From Octopus vulgaris (lineage: Eukaryota), in NCBI GenBank assembly GCA_951406725.2, contig OX597833.1:58776001-58840000 (forward strand): 64,000 nucleotides of DNA, in the 5' to 3' direction. Positions within the stretch are counted from its first letter, which is position 1. Every line of letters begins with the position of its first letter. The position numbers and the translations under genes were made by a program. Of the stretch, positions 52,936 through 64,000 are shown one piece after another. Below the pieces are notes generated by a model, which was not told the origin of the DNA, ran no database searches, and worked only from the letters and a program-made list of their open reading frames with translations.

Positions 52936-55265
52936 TCTCTCTGGTCTTTCTTAAGTTGTGTTGGATCTACAGCTTCGTTCACTTTTAAGGTTCCCAGCAT
53001 TTTCACTGATTCAATCATTTCTTCTTTACTCCCCTTGACATACCAAGCCAGGCTCTTTCATTACAGAACCTTCACAACACACTAATCCCCGTCCTCCTCC
53101 TTTCCTCTTTACTTACAATCTTGACACATCACTCTTGGAGTGTAGTTCCTTGTTCATTATCATTAATTTATATGTTCTCCGATCTATCTCTTGTAATTCA
53201 TGCTTCTTCCAAGATACTATTCCTGTCCCGTATCTCATCAAAGCAACCTCCCACGTGTTAATTGCTCTAATCTTATAGCAGCCATTTGGCTTCGACTGGA
53301 GCACAAGCCGAGTTCTCCTCAAATACTCTTTCTTGTAAATTTCTTCCATCTTGTGTTCATTCATCTTATCTCTTTGAATGATGCCCAGGTACACATATCC
53401 TTCTTCTCCGACTTCCTTTATAGTTTCACCACTCTGCAGCTTGATCCCGTGGCTTTTTACTGATTTCCTCCCTTTTGAGAATCATTACACCACATTTCTC
53501 GATCCCAAATTCCTTGCCAATATCTTTGCTAATCATCTGCACAGTTGCTATCAAACTCTCAGTTTCTTTCTCAGTCTTAGCGAATAGCTGTAGGTCATCC
53601 ATAGACCACAGGTTGTTTACCTTCACCTTGCCTAGCATGTATCCCACACGCATCTTTCTGAAAACGCTCGTTAGTGGCAGTATGCAGACAACAAATAGGA
53701 GAGGCCACAGGCTGTCCCCTTGAAAGATTCCTCTTTTGATATTTACCCCTTCCAGCTTATCTCCCCATGATGTGAGTTCAGTTCGCCCCATTGTTATTGA
53801 GTTTTGTATTAACTTCAATATGTTGTGGGAGACCTTAAGAAGTTTAAGGCAGTACAATAACCCACTAGTGTGGGACCATGTCATATGTGGAGGCACATGG
53901 CCTAGTGGTTAGAGCAGCGGACTCGCGGTCGAGGGATCGCGGGTTCGAATCTCAGACCGGGCGATGTGTGTGTTTATGAGCGAAACACCTGAGCTCCACG
54001 TGGCTCCGGCAGAAGTTAATGGCGATCTTCTGCTGACTCTTTCGCCACAACTTTCTCTCACTCTTTCCTCCTGCACTTTGCAGCTCACCTGCGACGGACC
54101 GGCGACCCATCCAGGCGTGGAACCTATACGCCAAGGAAACCGGGAAACCGGCCCTTATGAGCCAGACGTGGCTCGAGAAGGAACAAACCATATCATATGC
54201 TTTCCTGTAGTCCACCCAGGCCATCGCCAAATTTGTGTGTCTCTTCCTGCTGTCAGCCAGGATAGTCTTATTGATTAGTAATTGATCATTCGTTCCTCTG
54301 CTCTTACTTCTTCATCCTTTTTGTTCCACTGGTAGTAGGTCGTTCTCATCAAGGTACTTATAGGTGCTGTTCAATATGATAGCCGTCATCAGCTTCCACA
54401 TTAGTGGTAAATAAGCTATTGGTCGGAAATTTCCAACCGCATTCCCTTTGCTTGGGTCCTTCTGGTATACTACCATTCATCCTTTTGTCGTCGAGGCCGG
54501 TACTTGGATGTCACTACACGGCATTTCGCCCAGCTGTCTCGCAATTCTGTGCAGAGCTGTCAAGTTTTTAAAGCTAAAAGCCCTGAACCCCATCTAGGCC
54601 AGGCGCTTTCCAGTTAGGAATTTTCCTGCACTGATCTCTAATCAAATCCTCGGTTATTCTCAAATCTTCTTGCTGATAATCTCCACTCTCCTCTTCGAAT
54701 GTCTTTAACCACTCTGCTTCAGTTTCATGTTGTTTCTCCTGACAACCATATGTTTGACCAGAATCTTTTACTTTCTCCAGCATCCGGCACAGCCTTTTCA
54801 CCTTTTTCTCTCCCATCCAGTTCCTGATAGACTCGTTTCTGATTTTGTTCAAAAAGTCCGTTTCGTCTGTGCTGCTCAATTCTCTGTTCACATCTCTTTA
54901 CTTTATGCGCTTTAACTGTCAACCTCTATTTTGATTCCTGAATCACAACATTGATTCCCTTTCTCTTCATCCTATATACTTTCTCTCTAGCTCAACATAT
55001 TTCTCTCTCTGAACTTCATTTCTTTTTTTCCGTTCCAGAATATTATGTTTTCTGGTCTCGTTAATAGACTGCGTTATTCTCCTTTTCTACATTGGTTCAT
55101 TCAAGTTATGCTGACATTTACCTTTGGCTTTCAAACCTAACTTCCGGGCTATAAAGATCGAGGTTGCATTTATCAGATTGTTGGTGTCTGTGATGTTGTC
55201 AGTCCTGATATCACCAGTGAGACCATTTCTCTTCCTGACCCATTCATTGAGTTTCTTTCTGTCTA
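52936..55265 (-). mobile_element. decayed R4/Dong-like non-LTR retrotransposon (RT region)
   Basis: [79 protein letters not shown]. Frameshifted, and abuts (TAA)n. Confidence 0.9.
53888..54186 (+). mobile_element. tRNA-derived SINE inserted in the LINE RT, 13-bp TSD
   Basis: ACCATGTCATATG (53875-53887) and ACCATATCATATG (54187-54199). Splits the DYRKAYDMV|PH motif. Confidence 0.9.
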
Positions 55266-55266
55266 C

Positions 55267-55311
<45 letters not shown>

Positions 55312-55312
<1 letters not shown>

Positions 55313-55974
55313 TGAGTGAGAGAGCAGTGCATGTCATCAAAGTCACACTGGGGTAAAATATATGAAGCCCAATATATCCATTATAACTACCCATCTGATA
55401 ATTGTACACCAGGCATATGCATCACAACCATACGTGCACGACATAGTGATCTCATATTAAGATAAATAATACATGACCTTGCAGTTGGGATCCAAGCTAG
55501 AATTTTTTTCCAGGTTGAGTAGCCCATTCCACTCAGTCACACTGGGTACAATACGAAGCCCAGTATACCCATCATGACTACCCGTCTGATAAGGGTACAC
55601 TAGGCACATGCATCACAACCATATGTGCATGACATGGTGATCTTATATCAAAATTAACAGCGCATGACCTTGCAGGTGGGGCCCAGTTAGAATGTTCTTC
55701 TAGTCGAGTAGCCCATCCCGCTCAAAAGGTCCCTGAATAAGGATTGTTTAAGGATGTTGAACGAAACACCCATGTTTCCAAAGGGGAATCATCCAAACCA
55801 CAAAGAATTCCTTTCAACGCATGGCTATGATGCTCCCCCACTACTTCTGCTCATGATCAGAGATGCACATATCGTCAGCCCCTAAGAGACATGCTCAACC
55901 GGTTATGGTCAAACAACTGACAAGCAAATCTGTGGTATTGAGCAGAATATTTGCTGTAGCCCATCTTTTATACC

Positions 55975-55975
<1 letters not shown>
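55312..55975. repeat. (TAA)n-associated interspersed repeat (likely LINE UTR-derived)
   Basis: TGAGTGAGAGAGCAGTGCATG...GGTACACCAGGCACATGC also occurs at 49208-49325. Internal partial duplication, bounded by (TAA)n/(TTA)n. Confidence 0.6.
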
Positions 55976-56009
<34 letters not shown>

Positions 56010-56212
56010 TATTATTATTATTATTAATATCCTCATCTTTCAATTTTGTTTCCATTTCTTGCCGAGTGTCTTCCTGACACTTAGGGCAGAGAAATATACT
56101 GTATACTTTGGTAGGCCCCGACGAGTTAGGTTTCTGTAAAAAGCCTACGAAAGTTTAAGCAGCATGGGATCGAATCAAACTGTTTTAAATAATAATAATA
56201 ATAATAATGATG

Positions 56213-56687
56213 ATGCAGAGTATCTCAACAGGCAGGAAAGAGCTGCACAATATATTCACTGGGTAATTTGCAAAAGCCTGGAGTTGCCCCATGATAAAAA
56301 CTGGTGGGAACACAAACCACCTCCAGTGCTTGAAAATGATCACATCTCACTCCTCTGGAACTTCACCATTCAAACTGACAGAACGATAGATGCAAATAGG
56401 TCAGACATCATATTGAAAGCCTTCAGACAAAAATCATGTCTCCTCATTGATATGACTGTCCCAATCGAAATAAACGTATCTGTCAAGACCTACAAAACCT
56501 GAGCAAATATAAAGATCTTGAAATAGAAATGATCAAAATGTGGAACCTGAAGACTAAAACAATACCTGTTGTCATAGGTGCCCTGGGAATGATAACAAAA
56601 GGGGCTGATTGCTACCTAGCTCAGATACCAGGAACCCCTAAAATGGCAGAAATTCAAAAGATAGTGCTCATGGGAACTGCTCATATC
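56213..56687 (+). mobile_element. R4/Dong-like endonuclease 3' fragment
   Basis: YIHWVICK..WWEHKPPPVLEND..LLWNFTIQTDRTIDANRSDI..LLIDMTVP...KYKDLEIE..PVVIGALG..IQKIVLMGTAHI, starting at (TAA)n. Confidence 0.9.
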
Positions 56688-57008
56688 TTCTACTATAGCC
56701 TCGGGCCAACCAAAGCCTTGTGAGTAGATTTGGTAAACGGAAACTGAAGGAAGCCCGTCGTATGTATGTTTATATGTATGTGGGTGTATATGTTTGTGTG
56801 TCCGTGTTTGTGTCCCCAACATCGCTTGACAACCGATGCTGATGTGTTTACGTCGTCCCCGTTACTTAGCGGTTCGGCAAAAGAGACCGACAGAATAAGT
56901 ACTAGGCTTACAAAGAATAAGTCCTGGGGTCAATTTGCTCGACGAAAGGCGGTGCTCCAGCATGGCCGCAGTCAAATGACTGAAACAAGTAAAAGAGTAA
57001 AAGAGAGT
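56688..57008 (+). mobile_element. 5'-truncated SINE (GGCGCAGGAG family)
   Basis: Middle and tail match the family. Confidence 0.85.
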
Positions 57009-58310
57009 AAATATGCATTTCTGCATGTATCTGCGTGTGTTTACTACCCTAAATATATTCTGTTTAAATGGATTTTGTTTTAAAATACTCACAGCAAAGT
57101 TCCTTACGTGTCATCCTGAATGAAGCCCTTGTATTTATTAGTTACAAACCTTTTTCTCTTTTTCGTTTTGATTGAAATCTACGTGGCGAGGTTTAAAGCC
57201 AGCACTTTACAACAGCGACACCTATGTCATACTGAATGCTAGAACAACTCAGTGGATGCTTTAGTGCTTTTCACAAAAACCTACAAAGAAAACAAAACAC
57301 AACTTTCGTACATCTAAATATAATCAATATTTTATTCACGCACACACATACACACACATATATTCTCTCTTCCAAAGAATTATACATTTGTATCAATGCG
57401 CTCACATTCATACCAATGTGTGTGTGAGAGAAAGTGCCATCAGAAGCGAGAAATGAATGAGAGTATATTAGCACAAAAGTAGAAATACTGAGAAATATCG
57501 ATACATCAAAATCAATATATAGATACCGGGGTGTTGGAGTCAAATCATTGAAATGCTATTAACGTCTTTCTTTATTTTATTTTCTTGTTTCGTTTCACCA
57601 TTCAGTGTTAGCAGTTTGTGTATCGACGAATTCTTTGCCAAAGTTTAATGTTTGTTGTAGAATTGTCTTCGGTAACACAAATGTTACGTGTTCTGTGTAA
57701 ATAATTCTGTCATTTTGATATGTCTATGGATGATTTCTTTTACTTTATTTCAGATAACAACTTGGCATTTGCTATTACTGAATATCAGGCTGTTTAGTAA
57801 AGACAGGTGATAGCGATTCTCGAGATAGTCGAGCAAAGCCTCTCTTTCAATCTCACTGCTTTCTCTTCCATTCCCCCCCCCTTTCATATCGTCATTTGAC
57901 GTCAGATCCTACTTTTGCTAATTGTAAAAAGTGAATGGAGCATTACTGTATTTGTTCATATTTCAGATTTCGTAAGTTCTTGTTCCCCCATCACTCGCCT
58001 CTCTTACTATTCAATACTCTACAGACATTATCTAGGCTTGGATATAATGTCGACGTTTCCTCCGTTTCTCAGTTGACCTAAATGCAAATGTTGGTGCGAA
58101 AGAAAGAGAAAGATAAGCTACATAAATGAGAATTTCTATGGATTGGATATAGTCGTGTTAAACATTTACTTTAGCAAATGTTTCCACAGTTATTTCAAAC
58201 TGAAGCTTCTTTTTTTATAAACAGACATCAGTTAAAGGCCACAACATCCTGTTTCTGTCTCCTCTAAAACAGAAGGCATTTTGCATCCAGTCACAATAAA
58301 TTAAAATGAA

Positions 58311-58990
58311 CGGCGAGTTGCCAGAAACGTTAGCACGCCGGGCGAAATGCTTAGCGGTATTTCGTCTGCCGTTACGTTCTGAGTTCAAATTCCGCCGAGG
58401 TCGACCTTGCCTTTCATCCTTCCGGGGTCGATTAAATAAGTACCAGTTACGCACTGGGGTCGATGTAATCGACTTAATCCGTTTGTCTGTCCTTGTTTGT
58501 CCCCTCTGTGTTTAGCCCCTTGTGGGTAGTAAAGGAATAGGTATTTCGTCTGCCGTTACTTTCTGAGTTCAAATTCCGCCGAGGTCGACTTTGCCTTTCA
58601 TCCTTCCGGGGTCGATAAATTAAGCAGCAGTTACGCACTGGGGTCGATGTAATCGACTTGATCCCTTTGACTGTCCTTGTTTGTCCCCTCTATGTTTAGC
58701 CTCCTGTGGGCAATAAAGAAATAAATTAATTAAAATGAACGTTATATATAACTTCAATAAAATGTTAGCATCAAAACAGCAAACTGGCAGAATCGTTAGC
58801 GCGCCGGGCAAAATGATTAACGGCATTTCACCCGCCTTTACGTTCTGAGTTCAAATTCCGCCGAGGTCAACTTTGTCTTTCATTTATTCGGGGTCGATAA
58901 AGTAAGTACCAGCTGAGTACCGGGGTCGATGTAATCTACTTACCCATGCCCCCGAAATATCAGGCTTTGTGCCAAAATTTCAAGCCGATA
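58311..58990 (+). mobile_element. Nin SINE tandem dimer (58311-58725) plus another copy (58784-58990)
   Basis: Core is repeated three times. Confidence 0.9.
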
Positions 58991-59470
58991 TAACTCTAGT
59001 ATGAATCTCATATGAAGTTGATACAACCTTTATGTAGTTCTAATGCAACCCCGATATAACACCAATACAAACTACAAGGTAACAAAAATAGGGCTTCAGT
59101 ACAATTCTAATATCATTCTAATATAACTCCAATACAGTTTGAACGGGACTTCAATCCATTAACTCTCTGATATAATTTTATTATAACCATATCATAACTC
59201 AAACAGGACTCCAGTATGACTTTAATATAACTTCAATATATCGTTTATATAACTAAAAAACAAATCCAATATGACTACAATAGAAATGTTATGTAACACT
59301 GAAATAATCCCAGTTTAACTTCAATATTATGCACCAGTATAGCTTTAATAAAGTATGATTCCAACACATATATAAGACTATCATAATTTCAATATAAACC
59401 TAGTATAGCTTCAATATAACACTGACTTCACCAGAACTCCAGTGTCTTCAAATACCATTCCAGCATAACA
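58990..59470. repeat. degenerate minisatellite of about 11 bp (AATATAACTYC-like)
   Basis: Recurring aatataactcc, tataacttcaa and atatgactaca variants. Confidence 0.6.
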
Positions 59471-59476
59471 TCAATT

Positions 59477-59867
59477 TCTCTATATATAAAACTGAAGTTG
59501 TCTGTGTATGGCAGGTTTGGTAGCCTTTAATTAACACTAGCTCCTCCGAGACCCTGCAGCGCAAGTTGACCAAAATTAAGAATATGATAGAAGAAGGCTT
59601 GCTCTTTCTTCCGTAGAAGAAAAAATTCAAATCGGACCATGTTAACACCAAAAATTATTTACATCAAAAAGGTGCTTTTTTTTCTATGAAAATCCCTATT
59701 TTTTACGATTTTTTGACTGCTGTGTCGCCATTTTTTGGTGTATTTCAACCAGAAAAATGTTCACTTAAAGAGAATAACAAGCTACATAATGCAAAATTTT
59801 TACTTTTCAAAAATTCCAATTCTAAATGGTCGAAACAAACCCGAGAAACGCCGGGCGATACTGCCAG
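59477..59867 (+). mobile_element. non-autonomous Helitron (same family as 5188-5582)
   Basis: TC start, CCCGAG..CCGGG subterminal hairpin, CCAG|T end. Confidence 0.8.
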
Positions 59868-60157
59868 TGCATAATAAATGTGACTCTAGTGCAACAGTTA
59901 TTTTTAGAGCAGTCACAAATATAATCAATATTACGAGGGAAAAAATTAAAAACATCAACTTAGCTCGACACAGTTTTACATTGCATAGCTTGGGTTAAAA
60001 GCATCACAGAATGTTCTTCCATTTTCTCTGGTGTTTGATGCTAAAATACGTGGTTACATGTTAACTTTAGCTGTATCTTAATCATTTAAGAGTCTGGAAT
60101 ATGTCAAATGTCAGTTTTAAGATGTATCTTAGTCGTTTTAAGAGTCTGAGATATGAT

Positions 60158-60718
60158 CCTTTCTACTGTAGGCACAAGGCCTCAGATTTGAAGGTAGGGG
60201 ACTAGTCCATTACACTGGTACTTAATTTATCAACCCCGAAAGGATGAAAGGAAAAGTCGACCTCGGCGGAATTTCAACTCAGAACGTAAAGACAGACGGA
60301 ATACCTATTTCTTTACTACCCACAAGGAGCTAAACTCAGAGAGGACAAACAAGGACAGACAAACGGATTAAGTCGATTATATCGACCCCAGTGCGTAACT
60401 GGTACTTATTTAATCGACCCCGAAAGGATGAAAGGCAAAGTCGACCTCGGCGGAATTTGAACTGAGAACGTAGCGGCAGACGAAATACCTATTTCTTTAC
60501 TACCCACAAGGGGCTAAACACAGAGAGGACAAACAAGGACAGACAAACGGATTAAGTCAATTATATCGACCCCAGTGCGTAACTGGTACTTATTTAATCG
60601 ACCCCGAAAGGATGAAAGGCAAAGTCGACCTCGGCGGAATTTGAACTCAGAACATAAAGACAGACGAAATACCGCAAAGCATTTCGCCCGGCGTGCTAAC
60701 GTTTCTGCCAGCTCGCCT
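60158..60718 (-). mobile_element. Nin SINE tandem multimer
   Basis: Unit of about 182 bp, roughly three copies. Confidence 0.9.
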
Positions 60719-60753
60719 TCATACCTCAAAGTTAGGACATGTTATGTTTATTG

Positions 60754-60950
60754 CAGTGGTTCCCAAACTATGAGTCGCGACCCACAGATGGGTTGCGAAC
60801 GGAATCTTAGTGGGTCGCAAAAAGTTATAAAATTACGCCTTAGCTTTGATTAACTGCTGTCTATCGAGATACTCAGTAGAGCTAAGTGGGTCGTCATAAA
60901 CTGGTGTGATAAATAGTGGGTCGCGACTCTAAAAAGTTTGGGAGCCACTG
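60754..60950. mobile_element. hAT-type MITE with perfect 8-bp TSD
   Basis: GTTTATTG|CAGTGGTTCCCAAACT ... AGTTTGGGAGCCACTG|GTTTATTG. Confidence 0.92.
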
Positions 60951-61055
60951 GTTTATTGTACCGAGTGGTTAATGAAGTCGCCAAATTCCTATTTTGCCCG
61001 CATTTCTTGAGGGTTCAGTCATTAAAACAGGTTTCAAGATTACAGGGTATGCGCG

Positions 61056-61285
61056 CGAGCTGGCAGAGTCGTTAGTACGCCGGGCGAAATGCTTAGCGGT
61101 ATTTTGTCTGCCGTTACGTTCTGAGTTCAAATTCCGCCGAGGTCGACTTTACCTTTCATCCTTTCGGGGTCGATAAATTAAGTACCAGTTACGCACTGGG
61201 GTCGATGTAATCGACTTAATACCTATGTCTGTCTTTGTTTGTCCCCTTCTATGTTTAGCCCCTTGTGGGTAATAAAGAAATAGGT
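61056..61285 (+). mobile_element. Nin-domain SINE
   Basis: Head, core and tail present. GGTATGCGCGC-like direct repeat in the flanks. Confidence 0.9.
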
Positions 61286-61487
61286 ATGCGCGCATGCTCA
61301 CGCGCGTCTTTGTGTGTGTGTGTGTGTGTGTGCAAGTGTGCGCATGCGTGTACGTGTCAGCGCGGGTATGTGTGGAGGTGGAAAAAAAGGTTCCTCCACT
61401 GCATCAAATTGTCTCATTAAGTCTTGTAGGTTGCCAAACTTTTAGCTACGTCGAGCTTCAAGTTCCCAGCTGTCGTCGTCGTCGTCG

Positions 61488-61529
<42 letters not shown>

Positions 61530-61706
61530 TCATCACCATAAAGTCGTCGACTGTTGCAAGACTGCTATCGATTCGCAGTCGTCTCCCATTACTGTTACTC
61601 TCTTTTTTTTTTTAGAGAGCAAACGAAGTTTCCCATTATTATTACGCTCGCGCGCATACACACACACACACACAAATAAACAAACGAGCAAAGAAACGTA
61701 CGCCCG

Positions 61707-61740
<34 letters not shown>

Positions 61741-61769
61741 GATGAATATACGTATATATTGATTGGCTA

Positions 61770-63756
61770 ACACATACATAAGCATGCACACGTACATACA
61801 CATACACCTGTACATTCCATACAAACATAACATACATACAAACATACATACATACATACATACATACATACACACATACATACACACATACATACATACA
61901 TACATACATACATACATACATACATACATACATACATACACACATACATACATACATACATACACATACATACATACACACACATACATACATACATACA
62001 TACATATATACATACATACACACATACATACATACATACATACATACACACACACATACATACATACATACATACATACATACATACATACATACATACA
62101 TACATACATAGAAGCTACCCAACACACACATGCGCATGCTAACAGACGCTGGCCAACGCACACACACACACACAGGCAGACGAATAAAAGCCAGTCAACA
62201 CACACACACACACACATATGCATACATAAAGGTTGGTTTGCGCTCACACACACGTAAACATAGAAGCCAGTCAACAAGCACATACGCATACATAGAGACC
62301 GGCTAACACACATGCGCGCGCGCGCACAACGCACACATACATTCACACAAACACACACACACATACGCATACACAGAGGCTGGTTAACACACACGCAGTC
62401 ACATAGAAGCCAGTCAGTACACACACACACACACACGCACGCATATATAAAGGGTGGTTAACACACGCGCGCGCGCATACATACGATCACATACAGACGC
62501 ATACATAGAAACCAGTCATTACAAACATACTCATACATAAAAACTGGTTAACACACACATACACATATACAACACACGCTCATAAACACACACACACACT
62601 CATAGAACACACGCTCACAAATATACACACACATACACACACATACAACACACGCTCACAAACACACACACATGCATACAAGACACGCTCACAAACACAC
62701 ACACATACAACACACTTAGAAACACATACACACACATATACAACACACTCTCACACACATACAACACACACTCACATACACACTCAGACACATACACCCC
62801 GGTCAACAAACACATGCGCATACACAGAGACCGGCTAATATACACACATGCACACAACTACAGGTGGGCAAATATATCTATACGTACACATACACAACGC
62901 ATACTGCTTGAGGCGATCATGCGGACTTACAGACACGCTACTCTTCACACGACGGCATGCAATATTGCCATGCATCACAACACAGACTGTCATGAACGAT
63001 TTCATTCACTGGTTTGTTGTTGTTGGTGGTGGTGGCGGTGGTGATGGTGGTGGCGGCGGTGGTGGTGGTGGTGGTGGTCACGGTAGTGATGGTGGTATGT
63101 GGCGATATTGATCAGTAGTGGTGGAGATGGCGGTGTCGAGGAGTGTGTTTAGTGTTGGTGGTGGCGGTAGTGGTGGTGGTAGTGGTGGTGGTGGTAGTGG
63201 TGGCGGTAGTGGTTGTGGTGGTGGGGTGATGGTTGTAGGTCGTTGTCTCTTACCTGTGATGAAGAATAGAATGGCAAAACTTAGCATTCCCTGCTTTATA
63301 GTGTTTGACAGCATAAACTCACACAAATACACACGCACACATTTTATATATATATATACAAAATACATACATGCATATATGTGTGTGTGTGTATATATAT
63401 AATACATATATAAAATACATACATGCATACCTACAGGTATATATATGTACATATATATATATACATACATATAAATATAGATATATACACACATATATAT
63501 GTACATATATATACATACATATATATACATATATATATATATATGTACATAAATATACAGACATATATATATATGTACATATATATACATACATATGTAC
63601 ATATATATACATACATGTACATATATATGCATACATACATGTACATATATATACATACATACATGTACATATATATACATACATACATATATGTACGTAT
63701 ATATATATACATACATATATATATATATATGTATATATTTATATGCAGACAGACTA

Positions 63757-63787
<31 letters not shown>

Positions 63788-63830
63788 TGTATGTATGTAT
63801 GTATGTATGTATGTATGTATGTATGCATGG
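61770..63830. repeat. microsatellite field: (CATA)n, (CA)n, (GGT)n, (TA)n, (TATG)n
   Basis: Direct reading. Confidence 0.9.
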
Positions 63831-64000
63831 TTGCTTGGTTTCTTGGTTGGTTGGTTGGTGGAGAGTGAAAAGGACATGGAAAGACACAGAACAACGGAAA
63901 GAGTACAGTGAAATGCCATTGCAAAGTGAAGTATCCAACGTTTCGGATAGAGTTCTCCATCAGGTTTAAGATAGCAATTGTGAAAAAGGAAAGACAGCAG

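Overview
AT-rich, extremely repeat-dense animal genomic DNA. The SINE families and the load of (TA)n, (CA)n, (TATG)n, (TAGA)n and (TAA)n microsatellites point to an octopus or other coleoid cephalopod; this is my inference and was not verified. Almost all ORFs in the supplied track are microsatellite or SINE artefacts. The only host coding sequence I can support is the 3' end of a Piezo mechanosensitive-channel gene on the + strand. Its last coding exon (inner helix plus C-terminal domain, i.e. the pore module) is present twice, at 13020-13287 and 20581-20833. Both copies are intact, have the same splice phase, are about 63% identical in protein and have no other Piezo exon between them. This suggests one Piezo gene with two alternative, swappable pore exons that differ at gate and selectivity positions. 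The rest of the window is decayed transposons and tRNA-derived SINEs. These include R4/Dong-, CR1- and RTE-like LINE pieces, mariner/Tc1, a Chapaev3-like remnant, hAT and piggyBac-type MITEs, Helitrons, and Penelope-like repeats with hammerhead-like motifs. Two anomalous GC-rich patches may be sequencing artefacts.
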